Shown in pieces: positions 37,910 to 48,725 of a stretch of DNA of 64,000 nucleotides (position 1 is the first letter of the stretch; each line of letters opens with the position of its first letter). Source of the DNA: a virus. Its lineage: Duplodnaviria; Caudoviricetes. The translations under genes and the position numbers were made by a program. The notes below the pieces were generated by a model. It was given only the letters and a program-made list of their open reading frames with translations, had not been told where the DNA came from and ran no database searches. The stretch covers positions 1-64,000 of the IMG/VR virus record IMGVR_UViG_2974666281_000001; one strand, given 5' to 3'.

Positions 37910-38173
37910 TTAACCTTTAATAACTTGATACATCTGAAACACTTTTTCAAGAATCTTACAGAACTCTTTAAAAGAAAGATTGTATTCGGTACCTTCTTCT
38001 TTAGCGATTTCTTTAAAATTATCGTAAAGACTCGGATATTGTTTGATGTTCAACATTGAAGCATGGGTTTCCCAGTACACACCTTCTTCATCATCGAACC
38101 AAACACCCATATAGTTATCTACTGTAAATGTGCCAACACCAGTGACAACCATAGAAATTTGATTAATTTCCAT
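37910..38173 (-). CDS. hypothetical protein (55.1 region)
   Basis: ORF, synteny. Confidence 0.6.
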   Translation of the reverse strand: MEINQISMVVTGVGTFTVDNYMGVWFDDEEGVYWETHASMLNIKQYPSLYDNFKEIAKEEGTEYNLSFKEFCKILEKVFQMYQVIKG

Positions 38174-38403
38174 TACGAAAGCTTCTTAGCGCATTCATAC
38201 GCATCATCAAAAAGACCGAAGGCATCAACTGAAGTATAGTCACCATTTGCAGTTGCTTCATATACCCACCAGATTCCGAAATCTTCTTCGAGAAGATAAT
38301 CAAGCCCAGCAGGAGAAGTTCCTTCGACTAGAACTCGTCCGTCTTCAAGTTCTTTAACTAACAGACCGGCTAATTGCAAGTCTGCGATTTCTTGTTTAGT
38401 CAT
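38173..38403 (-). CDS. hypothetical protein
   Basis: ORF, synteny. Confidence 0.6.
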   Translation of the reverse strand: MTKQEIADLQLAGLLVKELEDGRVLVEGTSPAGLDYLLEEDFGIWWVYEATANGDYTSVDAFGLFDDAYECAKKLS

Positions 38404-38411
38404 GAGATACC

Positions 38412-38753
38412 TTATTTTGCATTCTTAACAATTTTGAGATCGCAGAAACCTTTCTTACGCTGGTTCTTCATGCGACGGATAGTCTTATCAGAAATTTCGC
38501 CTTTAGTAGGATTATATTCGCCAACACCAAAGGCAGGAGTACCAAACTCAGACAGAATATAACCTACAACAAGTTCACGAATACGAGCCTTACCAATTTT
38601 CTGGTCGTTCTCTTTCATGGTACCGTGTAGTTCGATTTCCCAAGCATCAAGGAGTTTAGGAGTAACAGTGTCTTTCTTAAACAGGTCTGCAGCCATAACG
38701 TCCACTTTAGGGAATACGAAAGAGTTCAGAACGTTTTTAATAGCTTGGGACAT
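38412..38753 (-). CDS. 55.2: gp55.2 (host topoisomerase I inhibitor in T4)
   Basis: MSQAIKNVLNSF...ENDQKIGKARIRELVV.YILSEF. Confidence 0.8.
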   Translation of the reverse strand: MSQAIKNVLNSFVFPKVDVMAADLFKKDTVTPKLLDAWEIELHGTMKENDQKIGKARIRELVVGYILSEFGTPAFGVGEYNPTKGEISDKTIRRMKNQRKKGFCDLKIVKNAK

Positions 38754-38813
38754 AGTATTTTCCTCATTGATTGTTTTTGACATAGACATCTTATCATAGA
38801 TGCCTATAGCAAA

Positions 38814-39074
38814 TTACATCAAATGTTTAAGAATTTCACGAACCAAAATATCTAGCTCAGAAGAGAAAACATCTGGAATCAGAGCTTTACACGCGTTTGC
38901 TACACGTTGTGGATACATGTGAGCTTGTACAGCACAAACTCCAGTCATACAAGAACGAGCTCTTAAAACAATTTCAGTGTCGTCGATTTCAATACGTAAT
39001 TGTTCTTGTCCACGAGATTCAGAGCGAATCAAGATAGATAATTCAGTTTTCTTGGTTTTAGATACGATTACCAT
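38814..39074 (-). CDS. hypothetical protein
   Basis: AGGAG SD; early promoter GTTTAC-18 nt-TACTAT at 39103-39132. Confidence 0.65.
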   Translation of the reverse strand: MVIVSKTKKTELSILIRSESRGQEQLRIEIDDTEIVLRARSCMTGVCAVQAHMYPQRVANACKALIPDVFSSELDILVREILKHLM

Positions 39075-39144
39075 GTTTGTTCTCCTGTAGTTGGTAGGAG
39101 CCATAGTATCATGGAATAGGGTGCTTGTAAACACCCTTTTAAGA

Positions 39145-39456
39145 TTAGTCTTCGATGATGTCTCGGTCATAGCCGAGTTCAATGAGTTTGTCTTTGAAGT
39201 ACTTGATGTTATACATCTTTTGGTCATTGACAAATATGACAGGATAGCGTATAGAGAGCGTAGGGAACCCTGCTCTGCGGGCTAATGTAACAATAAGAGG
39301 TCTATCATGAACTATCCCTTCCTCCGTCTCACACACAACAGGATAAAAGGTGAAAGGGATATCAAGTTCTTTTAAGAGCTTAGTAGCAGTGATACAGCCT
39401 GGACAACGCCAGACTGTTTCAGGGATGCCGTAGATTTCAACTTTCAATTCGGCCAA
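39145..39456 (-). CDS. nrdH: glutaredoxin NrdH
   Basis: CPGC; IRYPVIF. Confidence 0.85.
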   Translation of the reverse strand: MAELKVEIYGIPETVWRCPGCITATKLLKELDIPFTFYPVVCETEEGIVHDRPLIVTLARRAGFPTLSIRYPVIFVNDQKMYNIKYFKDKLIELGYDRDIIED

Positions 39457-39709
39457 GGTTCACCAACCCATACTGGAAATCCCAGTATTGTTCGCCAATA
39501 TAAACACCAATAACAGAACCAGATTCAGCCCATTGAATAGAGACAGTGATGTCATTAGTATCTTCGGCTTCCAAAGCTTCTTCAAATTCTTGCATCTGTT
39601 CTGGAGTAAAGAAATCTGGATTCAGCTTGCAATTTTCGAACTGCATACCGTCATCCAGTTCGTCCCAGCCAGCCCATTTCAAGATTACATATTCTTCTAT
39701 GCGTTTCAT
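39437..39709 (-). CDS. hypothetical acidic protein
   Basis: ORF. Confidence 0.6.
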   Translation of the reverse strand: MKRIEEYVILKWAGWDELDDGMQFENCKLNPDFFTPEQMQEFEEALEAEDTNDITVSIQWAESGSVIGVYIGEQYWDFQYGLVNLGRIES

Positions 39710-39710
39710 A

Positions 39711-39953
39711 TTAACCTTCGATTTTGATTTCAAATTTACCAGTTTTGTCAAAGTTTTTTGTAGCATCTTCAATCTTTTTAGTCAGAGCTTCGACTCTTTC
39801 TTTAGATATTGTTTTGCTTTCAGATGGACTAATCAAGCCAGCCAGCATAATAACAAGACCAATAGGAATAAGACAAATAACCCCTGACAGAAGAGCAATA
39901 GCCAAGAGGGTCAAAGAGATACCAGTACGAATTTTATCAAAGAACTTTTTCAT
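39711..39953 (-). CDS. membrane protein (55.8-like)
   Basis: long hydrophobic segment. Confidence 0.65.
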   Translation of the reverse strand: MKKFFDKIRTGISLTLLAIALLSGVICLIPIGLVIMLAGLISPSESKTISKERVEALTKKIEDATKNFDKTGKFEIKIEG

Positions 39954-40078
39954 TATTTACCTTAGTAAGCCAAGAAGAAAACAAAAGTGTACATCACAGG
40001 GAACTCTTCACCAAGAGACACAACTAAGTCGTGTTGGATTTCAGAGATGGATTCAATTAATTCGTGGATAAAGCGCAT

Positions 40079-40552
40079 TTAAATTTCCTCAGTCCAGTTA
40101 CCTTTGTGGTTTACCCACAAACGTTGATTATCACTACCACGCCAAGCCTTTTGAGTTGACAGTGATTGTTCGTATTTTCCGTCAATAATAACATCTACAT
40201 TTTGAAGCAATTCAAGATGTTTTATGTCTTCAAATTTATAGCCAGTCCACATCCAAACATCTTTATGAGGATGACTGGTATGTAAGCATTTTAGAAGTGA
40301 TTCTATAGTCTCTCTATTATCTGGATAGAGTGGGTCTCCACCGGTAAGAGTGATTCCTTGAATATAATCTTTGCTTAAAAGCTCTCTGATTTCTTCAATA
40401 GTTTCTCCGGTGAACTCTGTCCCGTTGCGTGGATTCCATGTACTTTTATTATAACATCCTTCGCATTTATGCGAACATCCAGTAACGAAAAGAACGACCC
40501 TGCAACCAGGACCATTTATAAAATCGCAAGGATAGATTCTATCGTAGTTCAT
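40079..40552 (-). CDS. nrdG: anaerobic RNR activase NrdG
   Basis: CSHKCEGC radical SAM motif, GGDPL, RGSDNQ. Confidence 0.96.
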   Translation of the reverse strand: MNYDRIYPCDFINGPGCRVVLFVTGCSHKCEGCYNKSTWNPRNGTEFTGETIEEIRELLSKDYIQGITLTGGDPLYPDNRETIESLLKCLHTSHPHKDVWMWTGYKFEDIKHLELLQNVDVIIDGKYEQSLSTQKAWRGSDNQRLWVNHKGNWTEEI

Positions 40553-42362
40553 GTTTTGTACGGTTCACCATTTCTTTGTTCTTACCTACGTTGAAGCCTC
40601 GAACTGATGGATTGCCTAGATAACCACATGTGCGTCTGACAGTATTCATTTTAGAAGGGTCTTTCTCCCCACAGTATCGACAGACGAATCCTTCTTCAGT
40701 GGGTTTCATCTCGTCATGACTACCGCATGTGAAGCATTTATCAACAGGCATATTGACACCAAAATAATCTAGCTTCTCAATAGCATAATCCCAAACAGCT
40801 TCTAAGCCCTTAAGATTATCTTTCATATTAGGCAGTTCGACATAACTAATATGACCACCTTTAGCAATATAATGATATTTTGCTTCACGGTCAATCTTCT
40901 CGAAAGGAGAAATCTTTTCTTCTACTGAAACGTGGAAACTATTAGTGTACCATCCTTTGTCAGTGACGCCTGGTACGAGCCCATGAATTTTTGTATCAAT
41001 CTTACAGAATCGATAACAAAGATTCTCTGCGGGTGTAGAATAAAGGCTAAATGCGTATCCTGTTTCTTTAGACCAAAGATTCAGGTAGTCATTTATTACA
41101 TCAAGAGTTGTTTTACCAAAGCCTTCATAAGTCAAAAGTTCTAGTTCATGAATACCGATATACCCTAATGAAATAGATGATCGGCCATTTTTAAAGATAT
41201 CAATGATTTTATCAGTAGGTTTTAAACGAACACCAAAAGCGCCTTCTTGATATAAGATTGGAGCTACTGATGCGGTGGTTTCTTCTAATGATTTAATACG
41301 CGAAATCAAAGCATCATGACAGATTTTAAGCATATCATCTAAACGATACATGAATTTAACTGAATCCATATGCCCTTCTTCTTTGATTACATCAAGAGCA
41401 ATACGTGGTAAATTCAACGTTACTACACCTAGATTATTACGCCCATCAAGGATTTCTTTGCCTTCTTCTTTATGGACTGAAAGAAAACTGCGACAACCCA
41501 TGGGAGAAACTGGAACAGATGAACCAGTGATTTTCTTATTATTCTTTACTGAGATGATGTCTGGGTACATACGTTTTGCACTACATTCTAGCGCAAGTTG
41601 CTTAATTTCATAGTTAGGGTCTTCAGGCTTAAGATTAACCCCATCTTCAATAAACATAACAAGTTTAGGGAAAACTGGAGTAATTCCGTCTCGTCCTAAT
41701 CCACGGATTCTATTTTTAAGAATAGCTTTTTGGATTAACACTTCAGGCCAAGATGTACCTGTACCAAATGTAACTGTAACAAAAGGAGTCTGACCATTTG
41801 AACTAAACAATGTGTTTACTTCATATTCGTATGCTTGAAAAGCATCGAACACATCTTTTTCGGTTTTATCGAATGCATATGGAACACATCCATAGATGTC
41901 GTATTTACGAGCATCACTGAGGTGTTTTTTATACGTGGCTTCGACATAAGGAGCAAGAACTTTATCTACATTAGCGAAAGTAGTCCCACCATATTGATGA
42001 GATGCAACTTGAGCTGTAATTTGAGCCATAATAGCAGTTGCTACACCAATTGATTTAGGTTTTTCAATTTGGGCATTACCAAGTTTGAATCCATTCTCTA
42101 ACATGCCTTTTAAATCAACAAGACAACAGTTAGTAAACGGAAGAGCAGGGCTATAATCCATATCATGAAAATGAATTAAGCCCTGCTCATGTGCAGATAA
42201 AACGTTTTTAGGCAGAACACTTTTAGCAATATGCTTTGAAGCAATACCAGCCATTAAATCTCGTTGCGTAGGAAAAACGTTGCCGTCTTTATTCGCATTT
42301 TCATTAAGAAGGTCTTTATTAGACTTATTAATGACCGAGAGAATATCTTTTTCAATTGTCAT
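40539..42362 (-). CDS. nrdD: anaerobic ribonucleotide reductase NrdD (intronless)
   Basis: ENANKD, TNCC, MGCRS, TPAE, RRTCGYL. Confidence 0.97.
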   Translation of the reverse strand: MTIEKDILSVINKSNKDLLNENANKDGNVFPTQRDLMAGIASKHIAKSVLPKNVLSAHEQGLIHFHDMDYSPALPFTNCCLVDLKGMLENGFKLGNAQIEKPKSIGVATAIMAQITAQVASHQYGGTTFANVDKVLAPYVEATYKKHLSDARKYDIYGCVPYAFDKTEKDVFDAFQAYEYEVNTLFSSNGQTPFVTVTFGTGTSWPEVLIQKAILKNRIRGLGRDGITPVFPKLVMFIEDGVNLKPEDPNYEIKQLALECSAKRMYPDIISVKNNKKITGSSVPVSPMGCRSFLSVHKEEGKEILDGRNNLGVVTLNLPRIALDVIKEEGHMDSVKFMYRLDDMLKICHDALISRIKSLEETTASVAPILYQEGAFGVRLKPTDKIIDIFKNGRSSISLGYIGIHELELLTYEGFGKTTLDVINDYLNLWSKETGYAFSLYSTPAENLCYRFCKIDTKIHGLVPGVTDKGWYTNSFHVSVEEKISPFEKIDREAKYHYIAKGGHISYVELPNMKDNLKGLEAVWDYAIEKLDYFGVNMPVDKCFTCGSHDEMKPTEEGFVCRYCGEKDPSKMNTVRRTCGYLGNPSVRGFNVGKNKEMVNRTKHELR

Positions 42363-42832
42363 TTAATGCTTTTCCTAAATTGTTTCTTGTATTCTTTTAC
42401 CAAGGTAGCCTTAGAATCAGACTCTTTGAAGATGAAGCCTTGGGCTTTCATTTCAGCAATCATTTCATCTTTGCCTAATCTTGAAAACCATTTGGTTTTA
42501 TCAGTAACATAATTTGGATGGATATTATTTTTAGAATAATCGGCTTTCAGATAGGTCAGCAAACTCTCAAGCCACTCGAGGTAGTCAACATCTTGACCTT
42601 TCAAACCAGAGCGGTTGAACTTATGCTTCATTTGACCTTCTGCAGCGTTACACAGATTACACAACAACCCACGAACCTTACCGGCTTTTGGTCCATTTAA
42701 ATCGTGGTCGTGGTCAAGATGATTAGATTGAACATCTGAAGAAAGTTCTCTTTTGCAGAGAAGACATCTACCATGTTGTGCATCATAAAAGTTTTGTTTT
42801 TGTTCTTTGTACAGTTTGCCAGTTAATAACAT
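42359..42832 (-). CDS. 49: endonuclease VII gp49
   Basis: CLLC, HLDHDH, VRGLLCNLCN. Confidence 0.96.
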   Translation of the reverse strand: MLLTGKLYKEQKQNFYDAQHGRCLLCKRELSSDVQSNHLDHDHDLNGPKAGKVRGLLCNLCNAAEGQMKHKFNRSGLKGQDVDYLEWLESLLTYLKADYSKNNIHPNYVTDKTKWFSRLGKDEMIAEMKAQGFIFKESDSKATLVKEYKKQFRKSIK

Positions 42833-42866
42833 AAGTTCACCTCAATATAAGATGAACTTATTTATG
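42831..42866 (-). promoter_or_regulatory. gene 49 RBS-sequestering hairpin plus late promoter
   Basis: IR ATAAGTTCA/TGAACTTAT covers the SD and ATG; CATAAATA at 42859-42866; same arrangement as T4 gene 49. Confidence 0.75.
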
Positions 42867-43169
42867 TTACTTAATCAAAAGAAAGATTGGGTCTTCACAT
42901 TTAGAACAGCCATCAATATGAGAATCAGTGAACAGCGCCCAACGTTCTTCTACGTCTTTGACGTCAATAATGATATTGAGCTTATCAATTAGAACACGCT
43001 GTGCACCAAAATAAGCCCCACCAGGCACGTCTTCAAAACGTCCAGCAATAATAGTTAGTTCATCACCAGGCTCGATATACTTGTTTAACAAGTTATATGA
43101 GGCTTCAAGTCTTTTACGAGCAGTATATGTATTGAAGACTGGTGTTACAAGAATTTTACTTCCGTTCAT
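42867..43169 (-). CDS. hypothetical protein
   Basis: ORF. Confidence 0.6.
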   Translation of the reverse strand: MNGSKILVTPVFNTYTARKRLEASYNLLNKYIEPGDELTIIAGRFEDVPGGAYFGAQRVLIDKLNIIIDVKDVEERWALFTDSHIDGCSKCEDPIFLLIK

Positions 43170-43608
43170 TTACGATACCTTCTAAGTAAGTGATGTATTC
43201 TGCAGCTTTCTGCATAGTATCATACTCTTCAGAGTCACAATTCTCTTGTGCTGCAAAAGAACTTAGAGCAAGAGTAAGAGGAACGATTCTACCACCGAAA
43301 TGATTCAGCTTAATTTCATTACGTGCTGCAATAGGATCGCCCGAACCGATTTCTTCAAGTTCTGTATCAATTGATTCATTGAACCAAAAGCACCAGAACC
43401 AACTGTTAGGATTATCTTTGATTGTGATAAATTTACCAGTCTTTAAGCAAATGACACCTGTGATAGCATCAGAACATCCACGATTTTCTTTGTCATCGCT
43501 GATAACTTGAAATTTGAATCCCTTAACAAGTTCAGGGAACTGAGTGATAAGTTCCGGGTCTTCTTTTACTACTTTAAATTGTTTGCCAATCAAAGTGCGG
43601 AGTTCCAT
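43156..43608 (-). CDS. pin: Pin, inhibitor of Lon protease
   Basis: FPEL, WC.W..ES, AAQEN.D..E...MQ.AAEYI.YLE. Confidence 0.85.
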   Translation of the reverse strand: MELRTLIGKQFKVVKEDPELITQFPELVKGFKFQVISDDKENRGCSDAITGVICLKTGKFITIKDNPNSWFWCFWFNESIDTELEEIGSGDPIAARNEIKLNHFGGRIVPLTLALSSFAAQENCDSEEYDTMQKAAEYITYLEGIVNERK

Positions 43609-43738
43609 AGCGATCCTCATAATCTAAAAGTTCATTTTCACTAGGGTCATCATATACTGGGTTTTCTTCAGCAAAGTTCTCCTCTGGCTCGACAGTTTCC
43701 CACCGCGCCGCATACCATGGTTTTAAAGCGTAATCCAT
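43574..43738 (-). CDS. 49.1: 49.1 hypothetical protein (54 aa, not in the ORF track)
   Basis: MDYALKPWYAARWETVEPE. Confidence 0.8.
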   Translation of the reverse strand: MDYALKPWYAARWETVEPEENFAEENPVYDDPSENELLDYEDRYGTPHFDWQTI

Positions 43739-44025
43739 TCTGTTATGGTCTTTGTCACTTCTCGCTGGCGTTTTTCGACCAAGCTTACTTCTGGTTCACT
43801 GTAGTACCAATCGCTATGATATGAACCAGATCGGGTCTCATTTACGGCTACATGCACATTATGCTTTGTAGACCAATAAACAACTTGTCTGTATTGGTAC
43901 TTGTGGTTCTGAGTCCACTCTTCTGCTTCGTCTACGTCCAAATAATCAGAATCTTCAAAATCGTAATACTCAGAACGCCCATTATGGTCATCTAAGATTT
44001 CGTTCAGAATTTCTACATTAGTCAT
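43723..44025 (-). CDS. 49.2-like protein
   Basis: WTQNHKYQYRQVVY...E.RSGSY.SDW. Confidence 0.7.
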   Translation of the reverse strand: MTNVEILNEILDDHNGRSEYYDFEDSDYLDVDEAEEWTQNHKYQYRQVVYWSTKHNVHVAVNETRSGSYHSDWYYSEPEVSLVEKRQREVTKTITEWITL

Positions 44026-44945
44026 TTAGTTTTACCATACAATGGCCGTATTTCCACTTACTCATGACCTTATGTCCGTTAGTATAAGTGACTTCGACAA
44101 TTGCTTTATGATTTTTAATTTTCATGATTACGCCTGTTTCAAGCGAACCATACCCATAATAAATGGCGACTGTGTCACCAACATTTAAAAGAGAACCACG
44201 ATAGTCGTTCATTTAACCTCGAAGCTTTTGAAGCTCTTCGTCATCAATCCATGACTCAAGACCTGATGGTAAAGCACATTCCACTTCCCACAGCAGTTCT
44301 TCAATCTTTTGAAGGCGTTCTAGTTCGTCAAGTTTAATGAGTACTTCTTTATCTGTAACAATCATTTATTCACCTTGATAGTTTTTATCATCACACCAAC
44401 TACAGTCTACCTGGAAATCAGGTTCACCATATTCCCAACGATGTCCTACAACATTATCGTTTACATCATATTCTTCTTCAATCCCTACATAAGACCATTG
44501 GATTGTATGAAGTTCTTTACCTTGAAGGATTTTAGATTCGCCCCATTGATTATTAAAAGCAAAAGAAGGATTATCTTTTGCTCGTTGAATCATGTGGTCA
44601 GTGAAGGTAGATTCTAAATCTACCTGGTCACCAGCGACTATAACTAAATCGATTTTAATCATCTTTAAAGTTCCAGAATGAAGCTACTACAAGCCATAAA
44701 GGCCAGAAGACTAACGACAAAACACACATACCGAAATCATTCTCTTTAATAAGAGATGTCAACGTTTTAGTATAGCCAATACCCATAATAATATAAGCAG
44801 CTAAACAAACACCTTCAACCATGAATCTTTCCTCGCATCACATCGTTAACTTTAGCTGCATGATTGATAAACTCACGAAGCTGTTGATGAGTCATTTTAC
44901 TCTCGATACGTTTTAAGCGAACGCCGTCACGAGGACGGCGTCTTT
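44018..44945 (-). other. run of small hypothetical genes (44018-44212, about 44213-44365, 44366-44662 and further short ORFs)
   Basis: abutting minus-strand ORFs. Confidence 0.55.
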
Positions 44946-45220
44946 TATTTGAGGTATTCTCTGAGTTCTGTGAATCCACCAATTGCTGCACCTTTTGGGT
45001 CGAAGATTTGTGGCATTGACAGACCAGACTGTGAAGGGCGATTCAGTCGCACCAACAGTTCAGAAATAACTTCAGGGTCAAACAGAGGACCGTCAGGGCC
45101 TTTACCACTCACAACTGAGATAAACTTATATGGAATTTTCTTTGCGGCCAGGAGACGTTTAGCATTGATACATGGGACGCATTTATGGATGCTTTCGTCG
45201 TAACCAAAAATCGTGTACAT
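44945..45220 (-). CDS. nrdC: thioredoxin/glutaredoxin NrdC
   Basis: HKCVPC.NAKRLL, MPQIF.P.G..IGGF. Confidence 0.92.
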   Translation of the reverse strand: MYTIFGYDESIHKCVPCINAKRLLAAKKIPYKFISVVSGKGPDGPLFDPEVISELLVRLNRPSQSGLSMPQIFDPKGAAIGGFTELREYLK

Positions 45221-46760
45221 CTTGTTCTAATTCCTTAATAGTATCAGCCAATCCGGCTTTAAAATCTTGATGGTTCTGGATATCCCAGAGACCTTTAGGC
45301 GATTGAACTCGTCTATGGACATCACTCATAATCATTTCATAAGCAGCGTTTCTAGCCATAGTACAAGTACGCTTAATTTGAGAGGAGTTTGGGAATTCCC
45401 CAGATTCTTTATAATAACTTACTAGTAGCTCAAGCATCAAACGCTCGGCTACGTTTAGATATTCTTTACGCTTCGCTTTTGCCACGGAATTTCTCCAGAC
45501 GAGCTAAAGTTTCTTTATAGACTTCGTGAGCAGCTACGGCAACCATCTCAGATTCAGGTAAATTGATGTCTTTAGACTTCATTACATTCACACGGTGGAA
45601 TACGCCTGCGGCCATCATCACACGATTCATTTCCATAATAGAACCCATATAATCTTTAACATGAGTTGTATCGACACCATCTTCATAAGCAGCCATTAAG
45701 AGGTCTAATGAAGCCTTTTCAAAAGCAATAGCTTTTTCAGACATCCACTTAATGAATTCAGGTGTGTTATTTCCTGCTAAAGTTTTAGTTTGCATCTTTT
45801 ACCTCAGGAAAAACCTGATTGATACGAGCCTTAATAGCTTCGTCAAGAATAGAAGTCCATGCATTATTGATACGAGCACGAATCAGTTCGTCGATTTTAT
45901 GCTCATTCATTTTGATAACACGGTCGATTTGTGCTTCAAGCTTTTTATTAGCTCGTTGAGTTTGGTCATGAAGGAAGTTCTGAATGGCATTAGATGCAAC
46001 TTTCTCTGCTTCTTCACGAATTTTTTCACGAACTAATTGAGTTGACTCAATACCAGACCAACCTTTATCTTTCAGCAATTTGTCCATCTGGTTTTTAACT
46101 TCTTCTTTAACAGAAGGCAAATCAACAGGATGATTCTGGATTTCTTCTTGAATCAAAGTAGACACACGATTCCGAGTATCTTTCAGAATCAGGTCTTTAG
46201 TGATGTTTTGAATAACTGAACGACGAAGTTGAGCGTGAGCTTCAGTACCTTCAGGGAACAGTTGGCGCACAGCGTGTGTATCTAAAGACATGCTAATCAT
46301 TTTTAATCCTCGAAATTAATATGAATATCAGTACGACCTACTTTACTCATAATAAAGTTAAGCAAATCGCCTTCGTTAAAGCTATCACTATTACAGCATG
46401 AAGCATATGGGCGCAGGTCATCGTATTCTACGCCGTCAATAGTAACTAGATAGCCATCGGCTGAGTTCCAACAACCTAAATCACAATCGCCTGATTCAGC
46501 GTAAATCTTTTTAACTTCAATATTCATTTTAATTCCTTCTCAAATTTATGCTTACAATGACGACATTTCATTTTTAATACATCAGTTCGCCAATCAACCA
46601 ATTGTACTTGCATACTATCACATTCTGGGCATGGAGACACTTGCTTACAGGCGTTTTCGCGCCTGTCTACCATTTCCATACAAGCTTTCCAGTCGATTTC
46701 AAATACTTCTTCATCACCAGAAGATTCGAGATTATCAATGAGTTGTTGTGTTCTAGCCAA
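45183..46760 (-). other. hypothetical genes 45183-45485, 45466-45795, 45785-46300, 46303-46527, 46524-46760 (the last a CPEC/CRHC Zn ribbon)
   Basis: overlapping or abutting minus-strand ORFs. Confidence 0.6.
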
Positions 46761-47793
46761 TTAACACCTCGATAGCTTTCTTAAGCACATCACGTTGAGT
46801 CATAAGATTAACATCTTGCTTCGCAAGAGCTTGCAGACGTTTTTCAATTTCAATACGTTCTGCCCCATTTGCTTCTAATTGAGCATCAATCACATGAATT
46901 GAATCACGAAGCTGGTTAGCATGATGAATCTCAATTTTGGTTTCTAACGGTTCAAATGTCTGCATTTTTGTCAATGGCACCAAATAGCTAGTTTTAGGGA
47001 GATTCTCGTAAACACTTTCTTTAACATGAAGACCTTTGGCCTTATGATTCGGACGCAGAATAAACTCAGCTTGTGAAGAAGAGATAGTTTTCATTTCAAC
47101 GTCAGCAATGAAATCCATCTGATTAAATGCTGCATTCAGTTGTTCTTTAAAACGGTCACGAATACGAGTCAAATTAAAATCAGTCTCTAGTACTGGCGAA
47201 CGAGCTTGAATATGAACACGGATCACTTCATTATCTACTGTTGTTAAAGTAACTGAAGTGATTTTGCTTCCAGGTCGATTCCCATTTTGAGAATAATGGT
47301 ACTTCTGACGAAGGTCACCAGGAAGAAGTTTAGCGCCTTGAGTTAGAACCCAATCAAGCTTCAGTGCTAAATTAGTTCGAACCTTAGCAGCAAAACTCAT
47401 CGAATGATCAACTGTGCCAGTGTTTCGAACATAATAACCACTACTGGTAATATCTTCTAAAGGCATTTCTTTTAATTTCGCTTGAGCTTTAATAGCGCCA
47501 GCAGCACGTGAACGACGTAATGCAATGTAAAAATCTTCTGCATTAAGGCTCATAGAATGGAACTTGATTTTTGCTTTAAACGGATGGATAACAGGGAAAT
47601 CTTCAGCCACTTTATTGACAAATGAAGCTCCAATAAATGTCATAGCTGTAGGAGTCACAGGACGGAATACCGTATCCATATTAGCATCAAATGGATATTC
47701 AATTTTAATGTATTTCGCCATGTCACCACGGAGAATATCACGGAGGGTGTTCAATACGTATTTGCGCAGTTCTTTATCAGTCTTAATAATCAT
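46753..47793 (-). CDS. conserved hypothetical protein with C-terminal coiled coil (nrdC.x family)
   Basis: 346 aa; middle promoter TGCTTTA-13 nt-TATAAT at 47867-47892. Confidence 0.7.
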   Translation of the reverse strand: MIIKTDKELRKYVLNTLRDILRGDMAKYIKIEYPFDANMDTVFRPVTPTAMTFIGASFVNKVAEDFPVIHPFKAKIKFHSMSLNAEDFYIALRRSRAAGAIKAQAKLKEMPLEDITSSGYYVRNTGTVDHSMSFAAKVRTNLALKLDWVLTQGAKLLPGDLRQKYHYSQNGNRPGSKITSVTLTTVDNEVIRVHIQARSPVLETDFNLTRIRDRFKEQLNAAFNQMDFIADVEMKTISSSQAEFILRPNHKAKGLHVKESVYENLPKTSYLVPLTKMQTFEPLETKIEIHHANQLRDSIHVIDAQLEANGAERIEIEKRLQALAKQDVNLMTQRDVLKKAIEVLIG

Positions 47794-47893
47794 TTTCTCA
47801 CCTTCTGGCAGAGCCAGGTTCTTTTATCGCCGGATTAAATAGGATGTTTTGGAAAGTCCTTGATTCATTATACCAACGACTTTCCTAAAGCAA

Positions 47894-48667
47894 TTATTCT
47901 TCAATAGTTACTGAAGAAGGGCGTTTGAAGAAAGAATGAGTTGAATCATCTTTAGCATGTTCAAACGTAGCTTTGAATTCGATTTCACCACGATAATCAG
48001 CAGGAACTGCCTTTGGCAGAGAACCATAAACCGTGGAACCATTTTCTAAACGAACTGTCATTTTAAAGACAGGGCCGTAATCACCCATCCAATCTTTAAC
48101 AGAGACAACGCGTCCTTTAACTGTCAATTTACCCATAGGGGCTTCACCTTTGTCGGCATTTAGTGTGGTATAATAATCATCAAACCACTTCTGAGAAAAC
48201 TCCTGAATAGCTTTCAGGATGGTTTTGTGTGCACGAACTTCGACCATACCAACTCGAGTTTTACCAAGGTCCCAAAGTTTATAAGGCTTTTTCATTTCGA
48301 TATACTCAAAAGCTTTAAGCTCTAAGTACATATCAAAAGTCAAACGAAGCTTCCACCAGCCATGGTCTCCTGTGTACTCAGGCTTGTCCATTTGCTCAAG
48401 TTCAGTGGTATATGGAAGATAACTACCAGCGTGATATGCTTCTACTTCACCTAATTCATTTTCCCACAAGTACCCATCGAAAGGAGCATGTGGACGATCA
48501 TCTTTACCCCAGGTAGGAGCAACAACTTTATCAAATCCTTCACGACCGTAGCGGGTCTTGACCCATCCAGCATTCAACTCACATGCGCGTTCTTCAACTT
48601 TCGCACGGTGCGCTCGGTAAGCGTTACGATTTTCTTCAATAATGTTTGTGATGATTTCGTTTAACAT
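47894..48667 (-). CDS. hypothetical early protein with possible C-terminal OB-fold
   Basis: TVKGRVVSVK...KMTVRLENG.TVYG...EIEFKATF; own early promoter. Confidence 0.6.
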   Translation of the reverse strand: MLNEIITNIIEENRNAYRAHRAKVEERACELNAGWVKTRYGREGFDKVVAPTWGKDDRPHAPFDGYLWENELGEVEAYHAGSYLPYTTELEQMDKPEYTGDHGWWKLRLTFDMYLELKAFEYIEMKKPYKLWDLGKTRVGMVEVRAHKTILKAIQEFSQKWFDDYYTTLNADKGEAPMGKLTVKGRVVSVKDWMGDYGPVFKMTVRLENGSTVYGSLPKAVPADYRGEIEFKATFEHAKDDSTHSFFKRPSSVTIEE

Positions 48668-48683
48668 TTTGATTCTCCGTTGT

Positions 48684-48725
48684 TGGTGTAGGAGCATAAT
48701 ACCACGTTCCTACACCGTTGTAAAC
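48684..48725 (-). promoter_or_regulatory. early promoter with stem-loop
   Basis: GTTTAC-18 nt-TATTAT; IR GGTGTAGGA/TCCTACACC. Confidence 0.85.

Noticed and set aside
40539-42362. Group I intron in nrdD
   Set aside because: The ORF is continuous and of normal length
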